DNA of 64,000 bases from Bilabrum cf. latius. Its lineage: Eukaryota. The stretch lies in NCBI GenBank assembly GCA_965178125.1, contig OZ237751.1:248001-312000 (forward strand), written 5' to 3'. Every line of letters starts with the position of its first letter. Position 1 is the first letter of the stretch. The position numbers were made by a program, and so were the translations under genes. A model generated the notes under the pieces. The model was given only the letters and a program-made list of their open reading frames with translations, did no database searches and was not told the origin of the DNA. This document shows, piece after piece, positions 48,100 to 58,145 of the stretch.

Positions 48100-48714
48100 G
48101 ATGCATGGGCTCTCAGCGGCGATGGCGAGGACGATTGCGATGGCGTTTTCGCGTGGCTGTGGGCAGCGCATTGCAAGTAGGGCGATGCGTTGCGTCTGTG
48201 CAAGTAAATCTGCACGAGCAAGCCACTGGCACTAGCTTGCAGCTGCGTTGCATATCTCGCTGGATGCTTCGCATCGATGGACGGATCCAAGGCAAGGATA
48301 GTCCGTGGCTGCTGCTTCGCCTGCTTGCATGTACCGTGGTAGCAGTGGAGTGATCGGTAAGCCGGGAGATAATAGAGCATGCAACAAGGTCCCAGGGGCA
48401 CTGCAGGGGTGGGAACACATGCATTGCACGACCTGATGGTCCGGGTGGTGGGGTCCAGCCAGAGAGGGCCTCAATCACGGGCTGGCCGGCTGCCAACCGC
48501 ACCCGGCCATCATCCATAAGTGACAACGCATGCACTATTGCCACAGGGCGGACACAACCCTATGGGGGCCGCAGACGAGGGCACGGGGGCGGCGCGGAAC
48601 GAACGAACGAACGAACGAATCTTGATTTTCGAGCAATCGCGGAGGCTCGCGGCGGAGCGAAGGTTCCGTGCACCCGCGGTGATTCTCTTTTCCGGGGACA
48701 TTTGTGCAGCAGCC

Positions 48715-49892
48715 ATGGACTGGCGAGAGCCCGCAATCAATGTTCTGGCTGGTGGAATGAGTGGTATGTGTGTAGACTCTGTGCTGTATCCATTGGATAC
48801 CATCAAGACCCGTCTGCAAGCTCGCAGTGATGCAGCAGCCGGGAAGGCAGTACAAAGCACTTCGAAGCAGAAATCATTTACCGCGTTTTATAGGGGTAAG
48901 TGCGCACTCAGTATCTACATCTTCTCTTGTTATAGCTCTGTAAAATCTCGCTGCGTTTCTGTGGGAGTCTCTCGTATCTGTCGACTCGCGATTCCGTGCA
49001 CAACTGCCGCGTGCCGATCTCGCTCGCAGGCCTAGCATCCGCAATGGCGGGCTCGTTCCCCAGCGCGGCGACATTTTGGACCGTGTACAAGGGTGCATAG
49101 TCTCGGCTGCTGCCGTACGTGGAGGGTACTAGCCTGGAGCCGCTGGCTCACATGGGAGCAGCTGCTGCAGCTGACGTGTGCGTCTGCGCTGTTCGAAACC
49201 CATTCGAGGTGGTCAAGCAGCAGATGCAAGTAGGAATGCACAAGTCTGGGATGGAAGCGGTGCGAAGCATCGTGCGAGCGGAAGGCGTGAGCGGCCTGTT
49301 CGCGGGGTACATCTCGACGGTCTCGAGGGAGATCCCTTTCGACGCCCTCGAGTTCGCCATGTACGAGGCCATCAAGAGGCAGGTTAGGCTCAGGAAGGCG
49401 GCCAGCATGGGCATACCTGGGGGCGGCAAGAACGGCGAGCGGCTGCCCGAGCTCGTGCTTTGGGAGAACAGTCTGGCGGGCAGCTTCGCGGGGGGGATTG
49501 CGGCAGCGGTCACCACACCGCTGGATGTGGTGAAAACGAGGCTCATGACACAGTCCTCGTCCGATGCCGGCAGGTACAGGGGCGTGACGGACGCGCTGCA
49601 GAGGATAGTGAAGGAGGAGGGGGCCTCTGCTCTCTTCCGTGGGATCGGGCCTCGCGTCATGTGGATCTCGCTGGGGGGGAGCATCTTCTTCGGGGCGTTT
49701 GAGGAGCTGTCTAGGAGGATGAGAGGGGCCCTTGGGCTGCAGGTGGGTATGACTGCAGGCGCAGGGTACGCGCCATAGGACGACAGCTCCAAACCAGGGT
49801 CGGCTTCGGCAGGGGGCGTGGGCAGCGCGGGAGCAAGTACCGCCGGTAACGGTAGCAGTGGCACTAATCATAGCGATACGGGAAGAAGATAA
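48715..49892 (+). CDS. SLC25A26: Mitochondrial carrier, S-adenosylmethionine carrier-like
   Basis: Three carrier signatures YPLDTIKTRLQ, NPFEVVKQQMQ, TPLDVVKTRLM, plus GSFPSAATF, REIPF and PRVMWISLGGSIFFG. Intron 48896-49029. TAG at 49098 lies inside the carrier fold, another at 49776; ends at TAA 49890-49892. Confidence 0.88.
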
Positions 49893-50037
49893 TGTTATTT
49901 GGGATTCCATTTTATCATCTGAGGTATTTCCAGTCCGCTGCGACCACATCGCGCCAGATTCCAGAGGTTGCGACCGCTCCAGAAAATCCGTTGTGCGGCC
50001 CGAAAAGACCACGTTTCTGTCCGAGGAAGGAGCAGTC

Positions 50038-51513
50038 ATGGACGCGGTTGCTAGAATATTGCAGCAAAAGACCCGTTCGGGCAGAAGGGGTAGCGTTTCT
50101 TCTATGGCCTCGCGCTCCACACGTGGCATAACCACGCGAGAGGCTGGCAAGAATCGCTGGCAAGCGCTGATTGAGGCGTTCCTCACTGCGCTTCGAGACA
50201 TTTCGGATAGGGTTCCAGCTGATGACGAAATTGAAATTGCTCGGCGATACTTGCAAGAGTTGGAGGATAAGACCCGAACTGACCACCTGAGATCTATCAA
50301 CGACACGGCCACCACTCCGCCTACAGAGCTCTAGCAGCAAGCACGGCAGCTAGCTGCTGCCGAGAAATGCATTTACGTTTGCGCCGCCGGTGAGATCGAC
50401 AAGGTCAAGGCAATCGTAGAGAAAGATTGGAATATGGTGCACCAGGTGGACCGCGACGGCAACACTGGCCTTCATGCTGCCGCGGCCATGAACCACGTGG
50501 CGGTCGTCAAGTATCTCCTCGGTAAAGGCGCAAATCCAAACAGTCAGAACTACAACGGATACACCGCGCTGCACTGGGCCATCGAGAACAACGCCATCGA
50601 CGTCGCGAAGCTCCTGCTCGTCGACATCCCAAAGCTGCTCAAAGAGACCCAGTCAGACTAGCAGCGCGCGCGGAAACTCGCTGCGGGGGACATCAGCGAA
50701 CTCAGACACCAGTCTTCCAGCGCCGCTGCAGGCGGGGCGCACGCAATGGGCGGTGCTGGCGCTGGCTTGCAGGCCGGGGCCCAGCCTGCTGTGCCCACGG
50801 GGGCACTGGCAGCCACTGGCTACGAGTCTTCCGGCCCTCCAGGGATGGGCTCCATCGCTCCCTCGGGGCGCAGCGGCCGTCCCACGGGCGGCGCTCGGCT
50901 GATGGCCGCCGGCGCGATCGACAGGCCATCCACCAGACCCGTGCCTCCGGGCGTGGCGCCTCCGACCCCCCGGTCCGTGGGGCTAGGGGTGCCGAGGGGC
51001 AGGGGCGGGCGCGGTGTGGCACCTTCCAGCAGCGCTGCCGTGACGGCGCCCGCGGGGCTGTCTGTGGGGGCGGGCGGCGTGGGGGGGGGCATACCCGTAT
51101 CCAGGACTGTCCCTTCGTTGGGGTCAGCGAGTGCGGCGGCCGCGGGTGAGACAGGTGGGCATGGCCTCACCGGATCCCAGATGCAGCTGATCGGTGGCAC
51201 CGAGCGCGGGGCGGAGGCGGAGGAGGCATCCATGATCGACGTGGCCGGGCGGGTGGTGGTGGACCCTGCAGTGAGGAACTCGGAGGGCGTGACGCCGCTG
51301 CGGATGGTGAGCTTCCTCAAAGAGAAGCACCAGGGGCCCATGAGGGAGCTCTTCAAGGAACACAGGCTGCTAACGGATCCGGACTTTGCCGCGGCAGAGG
51401 CGGAAAGGGCGGCAGCAGAGCGCGAGGCGAGGGCGAAGGCTGCACGCCGTGCTGGCAAGGGCGGCAGGGGGGCGCAGCCTCTCGGCGCATCGAAGCGGCC
51501 GAGTGTGTACTGA
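50038..51513 (+). CDS. Ankyrin-repeat protein with a long Gly/Ala/Pro insertion
   Basis: DRDGNTGLHAAAAMNHVAVVKYLLGKGANPN, NGYTALHWAIENN, RNSEGVTPL. One frame through TAGs at 50332 and 50659; ends at TGA. Confidence 0.78.
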
Positions 51514-51697
51514 TGATGGCGATTGAGTTGCCGCTCCGGCTTGCTGTAAATGCAGTTTTTCGTTTATCGCGCGTCGCTCTGTACTTGCCGATAGTCAACG
51601 GCCCGAGCACTTCACTGCCAGTGGGCATCGCCTCTGAATTCCGAGTCTCAGGTACCTTTAGCGACCAGTAATTGCTGTGGTTCTGTCCAGGAAGGAG

Positions 51698-54600
51698 ATG
51701 ATCCCTTTGCGTGAGCCATTGTTGCAGAAAAGAGGAATTCCAACGAACAAGGTCATCGCCAAGGTCGAAGGAGCTGGAGCAGCGATCCTGCCGTCGCAGC
51801 TCAAGCAGCTGAAAGCTGTTTGTGACAGCCTGTAGTGCGTATCAAAGCCCAAAAGGCTTGATCCTGCGCATATGAGATTTATTTTTGCAGAATTGCGGGA
51901 AATCGAAGCTGTCCCGGTGGCTATTCGTCTAGATCTAGTTCGAGCTGCAGCGGTCGTATCGACGACAAATCGACCTGAGATCGTGCGGAGCGCCATTGAA
52001 CTGTTGGACGAGTCGCTTGGCATTTTGAATGATCTCAGTCAGTCAGTTGGCGCTCGAACTATTGCTTGTGATCTTTGCGCGTCTCTTGTAGCAAGTAGTA
52101 CCGATGATGATTGCCACGTACCGGTTGCGCTCGACCTCATCGCTAGCGGCGTCAGCGTCATCTAGCCACCTGAAGAGGCTATGCTTGGCTCTATGGCATA
52201 GCGTACCAAGCTTGCTTTAGCTGGAGCTCGTCTGCTGGCAACCATTGCGTGGTGGGTGGGGAGCACAAATGCAAGCAAGTTGAGCGCAGCAGCCACAAAG
52301 CTTGCGCTTCAATGCCGACTCTGCATTCAGCAAGATTTATGTCGGGATCCTCATGATCGTCTGCCTGGGGTGCGGTGCGCACTAGTTTTGGCTCTAGGCA
52401 CGGTATGTTGCTCCAACGAAGAAGTTCGGCACTGTGTGGTCAAAGACGACAAGTTTATGACAAGCCTGTCCTCAGAGGTGGACCAACAAAGCAAAATCGA
52501 TGGTAGGGATGCATGGAGGGGTGCAGCTGCCGGTTCTGCTCGCGATCTCGATCGACAAGCCAGGCAGGCAGAGAGAGAGCTCCACGAGCTGCTGGTTGCA
52601 GGGCCGGCCAGCGGCCTCGTAGCCCGCGACGCTCCGGCTTCCACTGCACCAGTGCCAGTGGCTGGCTATGCTGGGGCCCAGACCAGCTCGGCAGCATCGG
52701 CTAGCACGTCTGGGGCGCTAGCGCCTTCGCCAGTGGCTGGCTATGCTGGGGCCCAGACCAGCTCGGCAGCATCGACTAGCACGTCCGCGGCAAGGGTGCC
52801 AGCGCCAGCACAAGCACCAACACTATCACCAGTGACTGCGACAGCAACAGCTGGGGCGGTTGCTCGGCATGGTCAAGCAGAATCAAACAACAGGGCTGCG
52901 CTCGAGATGTTCAACGGACTGGACGAGGTGGCACCAGTGTCTAGAGGGGCGGGTGGTGCCATGGATCCAATACGAGGCGAAGGAAGTAGCTTCAGCTCCA
53001 GTCTAGTTGATTTCATCGAGGGCGACCAAGACGATGAGAAGGCGTGGGATCCCCAGGTTGAGTTCGATGAGGCCAGGCAGAGCGTGTCCCTGTCCGTGTA
53101 CGAGGAAAATCAGAGGCAAGCTGCCATCACTGGAGTAGGCAGACGGTTCCAATCGCATGCTATGGAGGCAGCCAGAGGTATGCCAGCACTTCTTGGACTC
53201 GGGCAGGTCATCTCGGAGACAACAGACGCACATATGCCGGTGGCTGCGCCTGCAGATCCGGTGGATCCACCTGGTCGCGTGCTACCGGCATCCGGAGCTG
53301 GTGCAGGCGATGCCCACAGCCCAGATCGCACCCTTGCAGACGTTGTAGCGACAGCAGGTCTCGTCCGAGTGGCTGTCGGGGGTGAAGCAGGCGGGGCAAA
53401 AGCAGAACACAAGAAGTTTGGGCTATTCCTCAAGACCCCGGAAGACAGGTTTGGCATGTACGGTAGCGAGGTCATGGCGGCCAAGGTCATGAAGCTGGAG
53501 ATGAAAGCAGCCAGGTGGGTGCATGAGATGGACTCTGTACATGCCGGTGGGGTCCTGACAACCGTGATAGATGTGCCTTTTGTGCGCGCTGAACCTGAGA
53601 TCGGGGATGCATCCGGGGCTGGTCCCAAGTCCCGGGTGCCTGAGGTGGGCGGGGTGCAGCGGGTCCAAGTCTAGGCAAGGCTGCCGGTCGGAAGCAGCAC
53701 GCTACGATACGGATCAAATGACTCCGGGAAGACGATCCACAAAGACGCTGAGCTCCACAGCGATGTTGTAGTGCCCCTCATGGATCACTTCCACCTGCGA
53801 TCCATTGGGCACTAGCACAACCAGTGCAAGAATATCGTTAAGCATTCGTACGAAGCGCGTTGCCTATCAGAACCTGGTGGGACCAGCTCGGGCGCCGCTG
53901 TCGCTGCCACTACCGCTGGCTCCATGGACGGGCTAACTCGGAGGCGGTTCAACCTGCGTGATGAACTGCGCTCCGCTGGTGTCGATGTTGCAGAGCTGGA
54001 CAGCGCTGCCATCCCTTCTGACTTCGGCGAGGATTCGGTCGACACGATGATTGCGGACAGTCGCGCACTGCTAGATTACGCTGTCGAGAGTGGCACTGTT
54101 TAGCACAAATAGATCGAGTTGCAAGCAGCCACTGCACGGCGCAGCGGGTTGGAGTGCGATCCGTGGAACTGTGTGATGCATGCCTTGCCCTTTGATGTCG
54201 AGGTGCATCAGCTTCCTTCAGGGAGACGGATTGTGCTCGACAGTCACCGATTGCTCATGCCAGACCTCCATTGGATTGACTGGATGCGATCACAGAACGC
54301 CCTTCCTCGCGTATACGCATTGCACAAGGTCACTACTGAATCAACGTAGGTTGAGGCTGCAGCCGGCGCAATGCATGACAGCACGACGGCAGTAGATCCG
54401 GCTGTCGGTGAAAGCGAGTCAACAGTACCCCCTCTACAAGCGATCCCAGCCACCAAGTCAGCATTCTCGTTGAGGGTCCAGGAAGGGGTGCTCCCGGAGC
54501 ACATTCCGTGGGATTCCACAATGAAAACAGCCGCGCCTGCTGCAGTGCAACACTGGGCCGAGAGTTGCGGCGTATTACGTGGAGGGGCAAAAGTTTGTCT

Positions 54601-57600
54601 GCATCTCGGATTCAGGGGAGCAGGCCTTGTCTTTCTTTCCGCCGAGCAGTTGGATGGATCTGGCGTGCTGTTTGTGCTGGCATGCCCGGCCTGGTACTGG
54701 GGCAACTTGCCCGAGATAACGTGCTTATTCCCGCCAGAAGCTGCCTCAGTAGTCAAAGAACTCAGGGATACCGATGGCAATGTCTTGCCCCGCGTCGCCC
54801 CGGATGCTGTGATGCAGAATGGAATGGATCCCGATGGTCAGCACAAGGCCGATCTCAGGCTCGTGTCAGCGGCTCTGTGCAGCGAAGTCTAGATGTGTTC
54901 GGTGCACGCTGAGATACTCAGCGAATTGGACAAGCAGCAGTTATCAAATCGCGATCAAGCTGCACCCTGCAGCTCTGGCAGGTCATCATCCACGTGGAAC
55001 TCTTCAGCATCATCTAGCTTTCCAGCTGCATCTTCGCAGGCGCTTGAGAACATAGCCGGCTTCGGCTCTCGTCTATTTAGTGCTAGGCAAATTGTGAAAG
55101 GTGTTTTGAAGAAGTACGGTCTATGCCTTAGGCACTTTGGCATGCTAGTTGAGGCGGTTGAGAAGAACAATTGGCGCGAACTCCCCCTCATTGTCTTGGT
55201 TGCGTGCACGTTGCCTCGGGCGATGTCGCCTGCGGGACACGAGCTTCAGTCAGCGATCAAATATGCCACTTCTTTGTGGAGCAACCAGCAAGCAGGGAGG
55301 GGCTGTCTCGCTGCATCGATTGGGTGTATGCCACCTCAGCTGCTCAGAATTTGTGCCGTGGCTCGAGGGTATGCAGCCAGGGGGTGTGCCGGCCGGTACG
55401 GCACTTTGGACGCAGATGCACCACTGGTCGCCGAGGGTGCTGCCACTGAGCCACTATTGGAGCTGCTAGTGCAATGGCATCGCGAGCAGCAGGATACGTT
55501 GGGATCTGCAGCTGGCTAGTCCGGTGACATACCTTAGGAAGCCGGCCAAATCACGCCACACATGCGCACAACAGCTGCCGCTGGCATCCAGCACGCCAGC
55601 AGCTCTGGCCCAGTAGTCCGTAAGCTGGACGGGTCGATTGACCTGTAGCACGGTAGAAAGCAACTCGATCGGATGCTTCGTGAGCTAGCTCATGTGCAAC
55701 GTGTGGGTGGCACGGCAGAGCAGCAATTGCTGATGTCAATTTCGCTGCTTGGCCAGCGAGGCGCCGAGTACCGGCCTCTAGCGCTGCAGTGCTTGATGCG
55801 AGCAGGTGGCCTTTCCCTGCTTGCACAGGAACACGACTGTTCGAATTGGCCGCGAGTCTATAAAGAGAGAGAAGTTGCAGCGGAGCTCGCCGCACTAGGA
55901 TGCATGACCGCATCTGCAGGAATCCTTGAGCGAAAAGTGACAGATACGGGGGCAGAGGCAGTTATGGTGGGTTGCAGCCTAGCAGATATCAAAGATAAGG
56001 TTGGAAAGCCTGAGGAAGCCGTCAAAATTCTGAAGGGGTGTTTGGACGCGCTGCTGTCTAACGCGGACTCCAACGCTCGGTTCGTTGCCATCATTCGGCA
56101 CAACATCGCAAACTGCTTGTTGCGAGCCGGACAGTGTGTTGAAGCTATTCCGTTCTTCGAGCAAAGCCGGAAGGGAATGGAGAGCTTGCGCATGACCACG
56201 CACTCTGCGTACTGGAATTCCCTTCACTGCCACGCAAATTGCTTGTTTCAGCTTGGGCGGATGCCGGAGGGAGAGGAGCTGTACAAGCAGTGCTTGGAGG
56301 GGACGCGCAAGCACCTTGGGCCTGACCACCCGAAGCACTTGGACATCCAGCAAAACTACGCATCGATTCTCATTCTCAATGGATGTAGCTCAAAGGCTTT
56401 GAGTATATTAAGGAAGGTCGAAGAGGCCCAGGTGCGACTGCTTGGCAACGGAAGCTTGTTGACCATTGACACGAGCGTTCGGCTGTGCAGGTGCCTTGCC
56501 GCCCTGGGAAGGCACGATGAGGCAGTGGCTACAGCCGATCGGCTTATCCCAGTTGCCAATCAATCGCTAGGTGTGTCTCACCCCCACGTATTCATGGCTC
56601 GGTTGACTCGAGCGATGGTTTTGACGGTATCGCGCCGATGTGCGGAGGCACTCCCTGACTTACGATTGGTCGAGAAGGAAGCGGTCGTTGCACTCGGTAG
56701 CGGCCACACCCTGCACCTTGAGGCAATACTTAAGTAGGCTCACTGCCATGAAAGGTTGGGGCAGATTCAAGAAGCGTACAACGCCGCAGCGAGGTTCAAG
56801 AGCTGCGCTGATCCGAGCCGAATGGATCGACTTTATGTAGAGGGCATTACTGCCTTTGCGTACTATGCATTCACGCTTCGAGACTTCGAGACAGCCAAGC
56901 AGGAAATATTGCGAATAATGCCCGCAGCTCGATAGCTCTTTGGGTAGGAGAGCCTGCGGTACTGCAAGAACTAGAGCCTGCATGCCGCCTGCCTGCGAGA
57001 GCAGTGGCTGCTCACGCGCGACTCATCCAAGATCACGCAGGCGTGCGACATCTTCCTGCAAATCATTGCTTTGATGCGCAACTTTGTTGACGTGAACGAC
57101 TCTGACCTGATGGAGACAATGGGGAACTGTGTGTTGTGCCTCGCGGACGCCGGGCGGTATGCAGAGGCTCTGCCCCTCGCTCGCGAAAGGTGCGCGTGGG
57201 ACCAGAGGGAGTACGGGAAGCTGTCGCCCAAACTTGAACCTATGTTAGAGCTGCTAAATGAGTGCCATCGAGGGCTCAAAATGTCCGCGGGGGCACAGAG
57301 TGCTCAGTCACAGATTGGGCAGACGGTGGGTGAGTTCAGCACCTTGGATAGCCTGCAGCGCGGGTCTCAGGCTGCTGCTATGCTACTGCAGGCGAACAGG
57401 GGAGAGGAATCCGTGGCCATGTTCTAGAAGTGCCTGCAGGGTGCCACGAGTCTTTTTGGCGCGACAGATCCGAACACTCTTGCTGTGAAGTAGAATCTGG
57501 CTGCCGCTCTCGTGTAGGTTGGGCGGTCTCGAGACAGTTGGAAGCTGTTTCGGGAGTGCATTGGCGCCTTGGAAGCGGAAGGTCACTCACTGCAAGCAGC

Positions 57601-57883
57601 AAGTATTCGATTAAACTTTGCAAATAGTTTGCTTGCTGCAAGCAAGTACGGCGAGGCTCTCGAGTGCCTAGAGCACTGCATCCGGGTGCTGCCTCGAGAG
57701 GATCCTTGTCGGGTGGAGGCCTCAATCTACGCCTCCCGGTGCCATGAAGGACTCGGTGACCGCGAGAAGGCGCTCGCAGTCATGCTAGAGGCTCAATTTG
57801 CTGCGCAACAGGTGCTCGGATCAGCACATCCACACACGCTGTCCGCTGCTCATGAATGCGAGCGACTCATGGGGGGATCGTAA
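51698..57883 (+). CDS. Clu-domain plus TPR-repeat protein (CLUH-like architecture; paralogue B, about 2061 aa)
   Basis: KFGLFLKTPEDRFGMYGS..AAKVMKLEMKA, VLTTVIDV, RVQV(TAG)ARLPVGSSTLRYGSNDSGKTIH, LPFDVEVHQLPSGRRIVLDSHRLLMP, VLKKYGLCLRHFG, then kinesin-light-chain-type TPRs (LGPDHP, LGVSHP, LGSAHPHTL). A single frame with about 19 TAGs; ends at TAA 57881-57883. Confidence 0.8.
52655..52785 (+). repeat. Two-copy internal duplication (75-bp period) encoding PVAGYAGAQTSSAAS(A/T)STS
   Basis: CCAGTGGCTGGCTATGCTGGGGCCCAGACCAGCTCGGCAGCATCG(G/A)CTAGCACGTC at about 52655 and 52730. Confidence 0.85.
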
Positions 57884-58145
57884 ATTCAATACTGCGCTGT
57901 CGACATGCGCAGCATCTCAGGCCTGCGAGCTGTCCGGAATGAAGAGGATGCGAATGATTTAATTCAACGCCATTGATTGATGGTGTTAGGAGAATTTGTT
58001 AGCCTTTGCAACGACGAAGCTGCCATACTTTTGCAATCCGTAAAGTCTCAGACAAAATGTCCTCATTGGCCCGAATCCACTCGACATTAATACTCTTTTC
58101 GGCCTGCGCGCCGCATTTTCCCATACTCAGTATCGGACGCAGGCC

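Noticed and set aside
48051-48135. Short degenerate duplication of the CHIP 3' end (TGGGCTCTCAGCG..GATGGCG), and (GAAC)n at about 48597-48619
   Set aside because: These are too short and ordinary to imply function.
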